Below, piece by piece: positions 8,020-16,404 of a DNA stretch of 32,351 nucleotides (position 1 is its first letter; every line of letters begins with the position of its first letter). The stretch is taken from the IMG/VR virus record IMGVR_UViG_3300035493_000087, positions 1 to 32,351 of that record; one strand, written 5' to 3'. The translations under genes were made by a program, and so were the position numbers. This DNA is from a virus. Lineage: Duplodnaviria; Caudoviricetes. Under the pieces are notes generated by a model. That model was given only the letters and a program-made list of their open reading frames with translations, did not search any database and was not told the DNA's origin.

Positions 8020-8949
8020 TCAGGAGGCCTCTTTTTCGTTGGTGGCGGGTTCGCACAGGTTGTCGATGGCGTCATGCAGCTGGGCGTATTTCTCGACCCA
8101 CTGCTGCGCCAGGGCTTTGATCGGTGCCGGTATCGGCTCGGTGCGCATGATGTCGCCGCTGGCGCGACTCAGTACCCGACGCTGGCCGGTGGGCAGGTGC
8201 TCGATGAAGATCAGGTCCTGCGTGTTGCGGTCGTGGCCGGTGATGCCCCAGGTTTCGTCCTTGTAGGCATAGCGGCATTCGTTGGCATCGAGCGTGCCTT
8301 CGGCGATTTTCTCCATGTCGTCCAGGGAGTCCTTGAGATCGCGGTTCATCTGCCGGGTGGCGTGCAGCTCTTGCGCCAGCTGGGCCTTTTCCTTCTTGAC
8401 CTGCTCGGCGTTTTTGACGGCGGTTTCATTACGGGCGGTCAGTTCCTTGTTCTTGTCCTGTAGACGCTTGACCTGCTTCTTGAGCTTATCGGGGTTCATC
8501 TCCCGGTAGATGCGCAGCTGGGTGTTCAGCTCCCGTACCTGCTGCTGCAGGCGGCCAATGGTGTCATTGGCGCGCTCGACGTTATCGTTACTCTTGGCCA
8601 GCATCTTCTCGCACTGGTCTTTGTAGTGATCAGCCAGTTGTTCGAACTTGGCGCAGTTGTCAGCGACGACATTCAGGGTGTCGGTGACGCTGGCATGTTC
8701 GGCGCGGGCTTTGGCCAGTTCGGCCTCGGCGTATCTGGCACGTTCGATGGCGGCGGGGTAGCCGTTCCAGCGATCGATCATGCGTTCCAGAGGATCCTGC
8801 TCGGCTTCGCGCTTGGCTGCGCTGAGTTCTTCAGTGTGTGCGATGCGCTGCTGGCGCAGCTGTTCACGCAGCTGGTCGATTTCGTACTGCTCCAGGCGTG
8901 CGGCCAGATCGGCGTCGCTGGGTTCGTGGTGTTGGGCTTGGGCGGTCAT
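8020..8949 (-). CDS. Long coiled-coil phage protein
   Basis: 309 aa, heptad-rich, coupled to neighbours. Confidence 0.7.
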   Translation of the reverse strand: MTAQAQHHEPSDADLAARLEQYEIDQLREQLRQQRIAHTEELSAAKREAEQDPLERMIDRWNGYPAAIERARYAEAELAKARAEHASVTDTLNVVADNCAKFEQLADHYKDQCEKMLAKSNDNVERANDTIGRLQQQVRELNTQLRIYREMNPDKLKKQVKRLQDKNKELTARNETAVKNAEQVKKEKAQLAQELHATRQMNRDLKDSLDDMEKIAEGTLDANECRYAYKDETWGITGHDRNTQDLIFIEHLPTGQRRVLSRASGDIMRTEPIPAPIKALAQQWVEKYAQLHDAIDNLCEPATNEKEAS

Positions 8950-9446
8950 GCGGCCTCCTGTTCTACCAGTTCGACTTTTTCAAACTCACAAACCCAGCGC
9001 ATAGATGCTTTCGTTTCTGCCTCGCTGCGTTCGTCCGGGATGACCAGGTAACAGCCGGGGCTGTGTTCATCCACCTCATCAATCACGCCGGTTCGTCCGC
9101 GCTGGGTGCACTTGATGTGGCTGCCGATCGGGTAGGGCGGCTGGATGTTGTTGTGTTTCATCCAGCGATGCTCGGCTTCTTTGAGCTGCTGTCGGGCGAA
9201 GTAATCCAGCTCATCCAGCGTTTCCATATCTTCCCGGTCGGTATCCCAGTCGCACCACTTTTCGAGGCGCTTGCACAGTTCGAAGCCGTCCATTCCTAAG
9301 TGGTACTCGCTGGCGATATCGTCTGCGCTGTCGCTGCCGAGTCTTTCAACAAAGTCAGGGTTCTTGTCCAGGAATGCCCTCACTGCAGATTTGAGCAGGT
9401 CGCCTGTGAGTGTGGGGCGGGGCGGGTATTGGGTCATGGGGTTCAT
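8946..9446 (-). CDS. Hypothetical phage protein
   Basis: DGFELCKRLE and W...NNIQPPYPIG motifs seen in phage early proteins. Confidence 0.7.
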   Translation of the reverse strand: MNPMTQYPPRPTLTGDLLKSAVRAFLDKNPDFVERLGSDSADDIASEYHLGMDGFELCKRLEKWCDWDTDREDMETLDELDYFARQQLKEAEHRWMKHNNIQPPYPIGSHIKCTQRGRTGVIDEVDEHSPGCYLVIPDERSEAETKASMRWVCEFEKVELVEQEAA

Positions 9447-9448
9447 GA

Positions 9449-9622
9449 TTACTCCGGTGCATCAATGGTGATGGTCACGCCGTTTCGGTCATTCTCAACC
9501 TCAAACGACCCTGTTGTTTCGGCGACAATCGACAACATGTTGCACAGGACCTTGATGGTCATCTCGACCCCGTGCTCTTCTAAGAAGCTGACGATTGTTT
9601 CCTGAAGTTCTGTAGGCTTCAT
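9449..9622 (-). CDS. Hypothetical protein (57 aa)
   Basis: MKPTELQETIVSFLEEHG...DAPE*. ATGA overlap with the rdgC stop; not in the ORF track. Confidence 0.55.
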   Translation of the reverse strand: MKPTELQETIVSFLEEHGVEMTIKVLCNMLSIVAETTGSFEVENDRNGVTITIDAPE

Positions 9623-10560
9623 GCGGCCTCCTGTTCTTTCATCTCCGGTACCGGCGCTTCATAGCCGAACATCTCGCAGAGCTTTTCCACGATCTTGTTG
9701 AGCACGAAGACGCGGGTGTTGGCTTCGGTCAGCCATTCCTCTTCGGCGCTGTCGAACTCAACCTCTGACGGCTCACTGACAAACACGCCCTTGATGTGGA
9801 ACTTGTCGGTCAGGGTGAAGCGCAGACCCTTGTAGTCGAGCTGGATCTGGTGGACCTTTGCGCCACACGCGATCTTCTCTAACAGCTGGTATTCGTCATC
9901 ACCGTGCGGGAACTCGGTGTCTTTGAAAGTGACGCTGGTGCCATCTTCTTCGTCTTTCAGGCGCAGATTGCTACCCAGCTTAAAGGCTCCGAACGGATCA
10001 CTACCGCCATCGAGGTGCGCGGTCAGGCGGGTAGTAAGGCCCTGTTTCTGGTCGCTGATATGAACGGTTGAGGTTGTCACCTTGCCGTCTGCCATACAGA
10101 CCAGCTTCAGCACGGCGCTGCTGTAACGCTCGGTGGTGTTATCGACAAACAGGTTCTTTTCCTGGCTGTCGTAGAAGCCGTAGATGGTGCGCTCTTTGGT
10201 GAGGGCACGGGGCAGCAGGTCCATGATCACTTCGTCCTTGATCTGAAGGCGCTCTTTGCGACCAACGGCGCGATCCTGCTGCTCCTCGATGTCGCGCACC
10301 TTGCGGTCCACTTCGCTCTTGATGGCGGCCGCCGGAAGGATCTTTTCCTGCACCAGTACGCACAGGCTGTACCCGCGCAGGAGTGGCGTGACGTAACGGT
10401 TGGTGACCGGGTTGCGCTGGAAGCTGAAGCGGATCATCTCGTTGCTGTCGAGCGGATCGTTGCGGGTCAGCGCTTCGTTGCCTTCGATGGCGGTTTCCAG
10501 ATCAGCCAGGGCAGTCAGGCTGGCGCGGTATACGGATACGTTTTTCAGTTGCTTGAACAT
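9619..10560 (-). CDS. rdgC: Recombination-associated protein RdgC
   Basis: MFKQLKNVSVYR, QEKILPAAAI and KERLQIKDEVIMDLLPRA; 313 aa. Confidence 0.9.
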   Translation of the reverse strand: MFKQLKNVSVYRASLTALADLETAIEGNEALTRNDPLDSNEMIRFSFQRNPVTNRYVTPLLRGYSLCVLVQEKILPAAAIKSEVDRKVRDIEEQQDRAVGRKERLQIKDEVIMDLLPRALTKERTIYGFYDSQEKNLFVDNTTERYSSAVLKLVCMADGKVTTSTVHISDQKQGLTTRLTAHLDGGSDPFGAFKLGSNLRLKDEEDGTSVTFKDTEFPHGDDEYQLLEKIACGAKVHQIQLDYKGLRFTLTDKFHIKGVFVSEPSEVEFDSAEEEWLTEANTRVFVLNKIVEKLCEMFGYEAPVPEMKEQEAA

Positions 10561-10562
10561 GA

Positions 10563-11177
10563 TCAGATAGCCTCTTTCTGTTTTGCGTTCTGGTAGCCAA
10601 GGCGCTTCAGGTCGTCCAGATGCTGGATGATCCGGCAGGCGTGCTCGGCTTGGCTGGCTGCGTCATCGATGGCGCAGTGGTGGATGCCGGTGCGCTGGAT
10701 CTCGATGTTGGGGAATAGCTTTTTCAGGGTGCGGTAGCAGCGGTTGTGGTACCGGCCCCAGGGCAGGTCGAAACCGGCTGTGCGGTAGGCGTTGGCCAGT
10801 ATGACGTTGTCGAAGTCGGCGCCGTTGCCCCAGATTTCGAGGTGCGGGCCGTAGGGGTCACCATCTGGCGGGCAGGCGGCGATATTGAGGTTGTGCAGCC
10901 AGCCTTCGAGCGCTTGCAGGGCGTCTTCCAGCGGTTCTGACCAGCCGGTGATCTGCTGGCGAGCTTCTTCGCTCTGCTTGAGCCAGAAGTTGATGGTGCT
11001 GCCGCTGACGGTCAGGCCTGAATCAAGGCTGCTTTGCAGGTCTACGGTGACGTAGAAGCCGCCTTCGCGGTCTACTTGGCCCATGTGCGGGTTAAAGGCC
11101 ACGGCGCCGATGGCGACAATGGCAGCCGTGTGGCGGGTGTCCATGGTTTCGAGGTCGAGCATGATGTGGTTGAGCAT
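10563..11177 (-). CDS. 3'-5' DEDDh exonuclease/exoribonuclease (phage exonuclease VIII-like)
   Basis: HIMLDLETM, WGNGADFDNVIL, RCYRTL and HCAIDDA. Confidence 0.88.
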   Translation of the reverse strand: MLNHIMLDLETMDTRHTAAIVAIGAVAFNPHMGQVDREGGFYVTVDLQSSLDSGLTVSGSTINFWLKQSEEARQQITGWSEPLEDALQALEGWLHNLNIAACPPDGDPYGPHLEIWGNGADFDNVILANAYRTAGFDLPWGRYHNRCYRTLKKLFPNIEIQRTGIHHCAIDDAASQAEHACRIIQHLDDLKRLGYQNAKQKEAI

Positions 11178-11187
11178 TGCGTTTTCC

Positions 11188-11430
11188 TTACGATCTGCTG
11201 CGGTGCCAGAATTCGGCGCCGTCGATTGGGTTGCCGCCCCAGGCGATCCAGCGGTTGCCATGTTCATCAATGGCGTTGATGCCGGGTTGCCAGGTGTGCG
11301 GGTCGCGCAGGCGGTCCATCCAGCCGGTGGGGATGCCTGCATTGAAGATCACCACGCCGCCGTTCAGGCGTTCGCGCTGGCGGTAGCGGGTTGCGGCTTG
11401 AGTGAGGAGGTTGTCGGTCAGGGCGGCCAT
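11188..11430 (-). CDS. ArdR-like protein
   Basis: GGVVIF...GWMDRLRDP..WQPG..AID..G..WIAWGGN..DGAEFW resembles proteins annotated as ArdR. Confidence 0.55.
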   Translation of the reverse strand: MAALTDNLLTQAATRYRQRERLNGGVVIFNAGIPTGWMDRLRDPHTWQPGINAIDEHGNRWIAWGGNPIDGAEFWHRSRS

Positions 11431-11582
11431 TACCACTCCTCCAGCATTTGGCGGAACACCGGGGCGACCGGTTCGCCCTGGTACAGCGCCATCAGGCAGT
11501 AAATGCCGGTGGCGATGGCCCAGCCGATGATGAACAAGGCGCAGATGGCTGCGCAGAATGCGATGATCAGAATTGCTTCCAT
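11430..11582 (-). CDS. Small membrane protein
   Basis: Hydrophobic 50-aa ORF with a GGGAG ribosome binding site. Confidence 0.55.
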   Translation of the reverse strand: MEAILIIAFCAAICALFIIGWAIATGIYCLMALYQGEPVAPVFRQMLEEW

Positions 11583-11863
11583 GACTGTTCTCCCATTTTT
11601 TCCGGCAGCACACTCTGGGAATGCGCTGCATGAATGAAGGTGTTGCGTCTTGCGGGTGCTGCAGTTACACGCCACTGTCAGCTGGGCGATGGTTTATCAA
11701 CCGTCTCGCTGTACCTGGGACTGCTGCCGTTCTGAGGCATCCGGGAAGGGAACGATGGGAAGCACGGCGGTGCCGTGGGTGGGTCAGAGCCACCATGGGC
11801 CAGAAGTTTATTGCTCGCGCTGTGCCGGCTGGCGCCGGGATCTGGCCGCGAGGATCTTGTTTT

Positions 11864-11873
11864 TTAAAGAGCG
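11864..11873 (-). promoter_or_regulatory. boxA (nut-like antitermination element)
   Basis: The minus strand reads CGCTCTTTAA, the lambdoid boxA consensus, just downstream of the first pL gene. Confidence 0.7.
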
Positions 11874-11908
11874 TTCAGCGTCATGCCGCAGCCAGTGGCC
11901 GCCGGTGA

Positions 11909-12418
11909 TCAGCTGAGGGTGTTGCTTGGCTGCATGTCAGCGAGGGTGTAGATGTCGCTGGCGTTGCCGTTGGTCCACATATCGAGGTCGGTCATCATGT
12001 CGCGGTTGGTGCGCATGCCTGACCGGCGACCACCACGGCGGGCGGTGCGGGTTTGGCTGCTGCGGACGCGGCCGGTGCGGGCCTCAATATCCAGATCGGT
12101 ATCCAGTGCGCTGCCGGTGCCAAGGATCAGCGCCAGCAGTAGGGTGTTAATGCGATGGAGTGCGCCCAGCTCGACCAGTTTGTTGATGGCGACGATGGCG
12201 TTGTTGCAGCCCAGCTTGTAGTAGAGGGTCTGCCAATACTGGTCGATGTTGCGGCGGCTGCAGTGCAGCTCTTGAGCGGCTTCGGATGCCTTCAGGCCGT
12301 TAACTCGGCACACTGCTGCGCGTGATTCACCAGCGGTGAACTTGGCGCCAGACGGCAGGGGCATTGGGCGAGCCTCCCATCCGTTCAGTGCGTAGCCGTG
12401 TTCTGTGCGTGTGATCAT
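11909..12418 (-). CDS. LuxR-type HTH protein with an Arg-rich tail (first pL gene)
   Basis: FTAGE...GLKASEAAQELHCSRRNIDQY...YYKLGCNN, then RTGRVRSSQTRTARRGGRR. Confidence 0.7.
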   Translation of the reverse strand: MITRTEHGYALNGWEARPMPLPSGAKFTAGESRAAVCRVNGLKASEAAQELHCSRRNIDQYWQTLYYKLGCNNAIVAINKLVELGALHRINTLLLALILGTGSALDTDLDIEARTGRVRSSQTRTARRGGRRSGMRTNRDMMTDLDMWTNGNASDIYTLADMQPSNTLS

Positions 12419-12426
12419 AATAGTGA

Positions 12427-12491
12427 AACCAAAAGTTACTGTTTGGATGGAAGTATAACCATTGGTTTCACTTTGTCAAAAACTTTTGGTT
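12427..12491 (-). promoter_or_regulatory. pL promoter with three operator-like AAC-N5-GTT sites
   Basis: Minus-strand TTGACA (12474-79), 16 bp spacer, TATACT (12452-57). AAC-N5-GTT occurs at 12427, 12457 and 12481. Confidence 0.78.
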
Positions 12492-12601
12492 AGTAATTGA
12501 GGAGGTTTGTTGATCAGGTGCTGGCGCTGGGTATTATCAAAGTTCGAACCATGCGCAGTAGGAAGTCGCGCAGTAGAACAACAAGGAACGGAGTGCCTCT
12601 C

Positions 12602-13267
12602 ATGTCGTCAATTCCCTTCGATGATCATGGTCAGCCGGTAACAACTCGACTGCGCCGTGCTGCAAACCAAACCCGAAACATCAATGAACTGATCGGCATA
12701 TGCCGCGGCATTGCATTTGATAACCAGGTTACGCAAGGCGAGGCCGTTAGCCTCGCGCAGTGGCTTTATGCACAACCAGATCTACTGGACGTGTGGCCAG
12801 CCAATATCCTTTATGAGCGTTTATGCGACGTGTTGTCCGACGGGGTGGTTGACCAGAAGGAGGCTCGTGATCTGCTGGACTTGCTGAAAAGGGTCATTGG
12901 CGGAGACCCAGCCATTAAGACCAATGTGGACTTTGAGACTGGCGAGTTTGAGTCCGCATCAGCGGCAACTGATCTACCTGTGACTGATCCTGGCATCATC
13001 CACTTCGACGCCAAGAATTTCGTTCTGACAGGAAAGTTTGCTTCCGGCACACGCACCGACTGTGAAGCGGAGATCATGAGGCGGGGAGGGTGCTGCCTTA
13101 AAAACCCAACCAAAAAAACGCATTACCTCGTCATTGGTGAGGTCGGCAGCCGCGATTGGATACACAGCACATGGGGCAGGAAGATCGAGAAGGCAGTGGA
13201 GCTGCGCAACAGCGGTATTGAGATCGAGATAGTGTCTGAACGTCACTGGGTTTCTTTTCTTAAATAG
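12602..13267 (+). CDS. BRCT-domain protein (moron)
   Basis: C-terminal FVLTGKF..GTR..CEAEI..RGG...KKTHYLVIG...WGRKIEKA; helical N-terminal domain. Confidence 0.82.
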   Translation: MSSIPFDDHGQPVTTRLRRAANQTRNINELIGICRGIAFDNQVTQGEAVSLAQWLYAQPDLLDVWPANILYERLCDVLSDGVVDQKEARDLLDLLKRVIGGDPAIKTNVDFETGEFESASAATDLPVTDPGIIHFDAKNFVLTGKFASGTRTDCEAEIMRRGGCCLKNPTKKTHYLVIGEVGSRDWIHSTWGRKIEKAVELRNSGIEIEIVSERHWVSFLK

Positions 13268-13276
13268 GGGTGTGTG

Positions 13277-13963
13277 ATGAGCCAGCAAAAATCTGACTTC
13301 AGCCGAGGCCTTGGGCTGGCTTCGCTGATTCTAGGTGTGTTTGCCTTACTGTTGAGCTGGATTCCGATCATAGGGCTTTTCAGCCTACCAGTGGCTTTGA
13401 TCGGCTTTTTGCTCGGTGCTGGCGGGTTGCTTGCCGGTATTAAATCCCGCTCATTTGGCGTGCCTGGCGCTGGGGTAGTAGTGTGCGCCCTTTCGTTCGC
13501 CTTTCAGATGTACATGGTGAGCAGCATAAATGAGCAATTTGAGGAGGTTGGCAATTCTTTCACTACCTACGAGGACATGAAGCAAAAAGCAGAGCAGGAG
13601 CTTCAGGCCAAGTCAGACGAGGCCTTGCGGTATGCCAAGCTGTATGTCGAAGTCTATGAAGTCGAGACGCGCTGGGGAGAGAATTATCTTGGCGAGCCGG
13701 CGGCGGTTGTTGGGTTCAAGCTGAGAAATTTTGGAAACAAGGACCTGAGTGACGTTGATGTAACGGCATACTTTGAAGACGCCAACGGCAATGTCGTTTC
13801 TGAGCATACCTTTTACCCAGTACTGTCGGCCCGATCAGGCAATGACGGCAAACCTCTGCGCGCTGGTTACATCAAGGAAAGCCGATATGCTGCCAAAGAT
13901 GTCCCTTCTGAATGGGCTGGCGCTGTACGTCTGGAGATCACTGAGGCCAAGCTCCTTGAGTGA
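13277..13963 (+). CDS. Membrane protein (3 TM, DUF4190-like) with an exported beta-sandwich domain
   Basis: GLASLILGV...WIPIIG hydrophobic helices, then LRNFGNKDLSDVDVTAYFEDANG. Confidence 0.75.
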   Translation: MSQQKSDFSRGLGLASLILGVFALLLSWIPIIGLFSLPVALIGFLLGAGGLLAGIKSRSFGVPGAGVVVCALSFAFQMYMVSSINEQFEEVGNSFTTYEDMKQKAEQELQAKSDEALRYAKLYVEVYEVETRWGENYLGEPAAVVGFKLRNFGNKDLSDVDVTAYFEDANGNVVSEHTFYPVLSARSGNDGKPLRAGYIKESRYAAKDVPSEWAGAVRLEITEAKLLE

Positions 13964-14016
13964 GGTCATGAGCCCCAGCCATTTTGAGTGACAGGGTGGA
14001 ACTCTTCTTTTTGTGG

Positions 14017-14032
14017 CTGTATATTCATACAG
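14017..14032. promoter_or_regulatory. LexA (SOS) box
   Basis: CTGTATATTCATACAG is a perfect CTGT-N8-ACAG with an AT-rich core. Confidence 0.8.
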
Positions 14033-14056
14033 CACATGGAGAAGGGTACCGCCGCG

Positions 14057-14254
14057 ATGAAAGGAAAAGTGCTGAGTTTCAAAAGACCTGCAACGGAAGT
14101 GGAAGTGAATGCTGAGCTTGCGCGATACGCCAAGCGCGCACTTCTGCACGAGCGCGCAGTGAGCCAGGGACTGCTCAAGAAGCATGATCGGGTTATTGCT
14201 GAAGCAAACCTGAGGCGCGAATTGCTGACTATCGGCGAGCGTTTTGACCTATAA
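14057..14254 (+). CDS. Small SOS-regulated protein, candidate antirepressor
   Basis: 65-aa ORF directly downstream of the SOS box, convergent on and overlapping the repressor 3' end. Alternative ATG at 14036. Confidence 0.55.
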   Translation: MKGKVLSFKRPATEVEVNAELARYAKRALLHERAVSQGLLKKHDRVIAEANLRRELLTIGERFDL

Positions 14255-14771
14255 CCATTGCAAGCGCAGTTACCGCATCTGGCGGCATTTCTTCGTCCTT
14301 GACCGTACGCTGCAGGTACATCGCCGTGATGATTGAAGCCTTCTCTTTTGGTGAGAAGGTGTCACCTTCCTTCTCAAGAACTGCCTGGATATCCTCAATA
14401 CACTCCTCAAGCACATTCACATCCAGTGGCGGCTTTTCTGCCATGCGTTTGATCCGTCCTAGATCGTACATCCCTTCATCATCCTTGCTCTTGTGACCTG
14501 ATTCTTGCTGACCTGATCGCCTGCCTGTCATCAGGTATTCGAAATCCTCATCAAGCATCTCAGCCAGGTGGCGTATGCGTGACGTTTGAGGCATCGCCTG
14601 AGCTTCCAGCCATTTCCTGAAAGTGGGTATCGAGAGCTTTTCGCCAGTATGTCGGAGCCACTTGCGTTGCAGCCAGGCTGTTCGTCCACGTACCGGCACA
14701 TCGAGATCATCCAGGATCTGACATAGCCGGCCGGAAAAGGCCCTGCGTTCTGTATCTGCAACATTAACCAT
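14229..14771 (-). CDS. CI-like repressor (Cro/C1 HTH; no S24 peptidase domain visible)
   Basis: Divergent from cro. ERRAFSGRL...TFRKWLEAQAMP...LAEML...EYLMTG with a helical C-terminus. Confidence 0.8.
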   Translation of the reverse strand: MVNVADTERRAFSGRLCQILDDLDVPVRGRTAWLQRKWLRHTGEKLSIPTFRKWLEAQAMPQTSRIRHLAEMLDEDFEYLMTGRRSGQQESGHKSKDDEGMYDLGRIKRMAEKPPLDVNVLEECIEDIQAVLEKEGDTFSPKEKASIITAMYLQRTVKDEEMPPDAVTALAMVIGQNARR

Positions 14772-14826
14772 GTACTGCTCTCAATTTGGTGTAACCAATT
14801 AAGTCAATTCTGGACTGAATCACAGA

Positions 14827-14866
14827 AACTTTCAGTTATTGACTAACTGTTACTTTTGGTTATAGT
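14827..14866 (+). promoter_or_regulatory. pR promoter with operator-like sites
   Basis: TTGACT (14839-44), 16 bp spacer, TATAGT (14861-66). AACTTTCAGTT at 14827 and TACTTTTGGTT at 14851 match the pL sites. Confidence 0.78.
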
Positions 14867-14895
14867 TGTACCCATCTGAACGGAAGGGTAGGCAC

Positions 14896-15132
14896 ATGAC
14901 CACACAGCAGAATAGTGAATCTCGAAACTTTGCACTGGAGGCGATTGAGCACGCTGGCGGCTTCGCTACCGTGGCTCGCAAGTTCGAAATCAGCTATGCA
15001 GCCGTGCGCAAGTGGGCTGAAACGCAGCGCATACCCTCTGAACGCATCTTGCGGGTTTGTCAGTTGTGCAATAACGCTGTGACCCCGCATCAGCTTAACC
15101 CTCTCGTTTACCCAGAAGACTTCAGGGCCTGA
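14896..15132 (+). CDS. cro: Cro-like (YdaS family) regulator
   Basis: AIEHAGGFATVARKFEISYAAVRKW...IPSER...VTPHQLNPLVYP. Confidence 0.85.
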   Translation: MTTQQNSESRNFALEAIEHAGGFATVARKFEISYAAVRKWAETQRIPSERILRVCQLCNNAVTPHQLNPLVYPEDFRA

Positions 15133-15167
15133 CAGGTACCAGCTTAACAACTGGTGCCTGTTTTTTT
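15132..15167 (+). terminator. tR1-like intrinsic terminator
   Basis: ACAGGTACCAG-loop-CTGGTGCCTGT followed by a T run. Confidence 0.75.
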
Positions 15168-15204
15168 ACTGGTTGCTCTACATGTATACGCATACAGGTG
15201 ATTA

Positions 15205-15828
15205 ATGACTCACGACCAACGCATCTTTGACCTGCTCGAAACGATCAACAAGGCACCGGGCCTGACAGCTGGCCAGTTGCTGGCGCGGTGCACCTCTGTG
15301 ACGGCCAAAACCTTTCCGTCAGCGATCAAGGATATGCACGCTCGCGGTTTGATCTTCACCACCGGCCTGAAAGAGAAGACCAAATATCACCTGACCGATT
15401 CAGGCCGCACATCGCTTGAGTGTGGTGAGCTTCCGGCAATTAAGGCAGCCCAGCAGGACGCTGAACAGGAGACCCCTGCCGAGCCGGAAGCCGCCACCGA
15501 AGCTTTTGAGTCCACAGTGGAAGAGTTCGCAGATGTTCCGGTATTCGGTGCGGCTGTTGAAATCACAGCTGGCGCTGATGAGGTGATGCTGGATGAGCAG
15601 GTATATGACCCACCCCTGAAAGTCTACGACACCGACAAGACCACTCTTGATGAGGCGCTGGCGCAGCTGAAAGAGCTGACCGCTGAGCTGGACCGTCCGA
15701 CCAATCTGCTTGATCTGATCATGTTTAACCGCCGTGGCGCTGCCTTGGTGCGCAACGCTGCCCCGGTCGCGGCTGCGCTGATGGAATCCAGTGCCAACGC
15801 ACTTGAACGAGCCTATTGCCAGCAGTGA
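15205..15828 (+). CDS. Winged-helix protein at the cII position
   Basis: N-terminal wHTH-like segment (KYHLTDSG) and an acidic linker. Confidence 0.65.
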   Translation: MTHDQRIFDLLETINKAPGLTAGQLLARCTSVTAKTFPSAIKDMHARGLIFTTGLKEKTKYHLTDSGRTSLECGELPAIKAAQQDAEQETPAEPEAATEAFESTVEEFADVPVFGAAVEITAGADEVMLDEQVYDPPLKVYDTDKTTLDEALAQLKELTAELDRPTNLLDLIMFNRRGAALVRNAAPVAAALMESSANALERAYCQQ

Positions 15829-16400
15829 GGGGCACCCAGCGGCGGGGGATGGCGCCGACCGGTATCAGCTGTGAGTGTCCGGGCATGAAATAACCGCAGC
15901 AGCAGAGCGATGGCAAGACTCCTTGGCCTCACGGCTTAGCCAGGCGCTTTCCTGAAAGTACAGGGTGATACAGCTGCAGTGGGGCAGCGCCTTGGATGAG
16001 TAGGGTCGCGGACAGCCGGGAAAGACCGGTGCTTCTCTACTCCTCGGGCATGTTGTGCCGCTGGCAGATCGGCGCTCAAGACAATCTGCAAGCCATGAAG
16101 GTTCACGGACATAGCCGGTTCCCCGCGCCGGTGGCGACAGAGCGGGGCAACTGGATGTTCATTGGGTATGGCAACGAGCCGGTAAGTCTGTGACCACAGC
16201 GCCAGCTCAGTGAGCATCCAGTTGTGGCAACGCAACGGGCCTTAGGGCCACTGGCAGCCGGTAGCCGATAAGCCGGACAGCAGTGCGGAAAGTTACGGGG
16301 TCGAGGGCCGCACCCTGAGGACGCCCCAGCTTACAGGCAAAAGAAAACCCGATGCTCAATGGCCTGGCAGCCGCACCGGGTTAACTCAAAACAACGAGGT
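15829..16400 (+). ncRNA. Structured non-coding leader with serial hairpins (C4-like or other ncRNA candidate)
   Basis: Several inverted repeats, including a ~19-bp stem (16148-16166 pairing with 16206-16224) with G-U pairs. No convincing ORF. Confidence 0.45.
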
Positions 16401-16404
16401 CATT

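Noticed and set aside
15182-15197. Third SOS box, ATGTATACGCATACAG
   Set aside because: It has a mismatch in the essential CTG triplet, so it is not called.
15936-16235. ORFs 15936-16235(-) and 15996-16193(+)
   Set aside because: They have no clear RBS or recognisable motifs, and the region is better explained by RNA structure.
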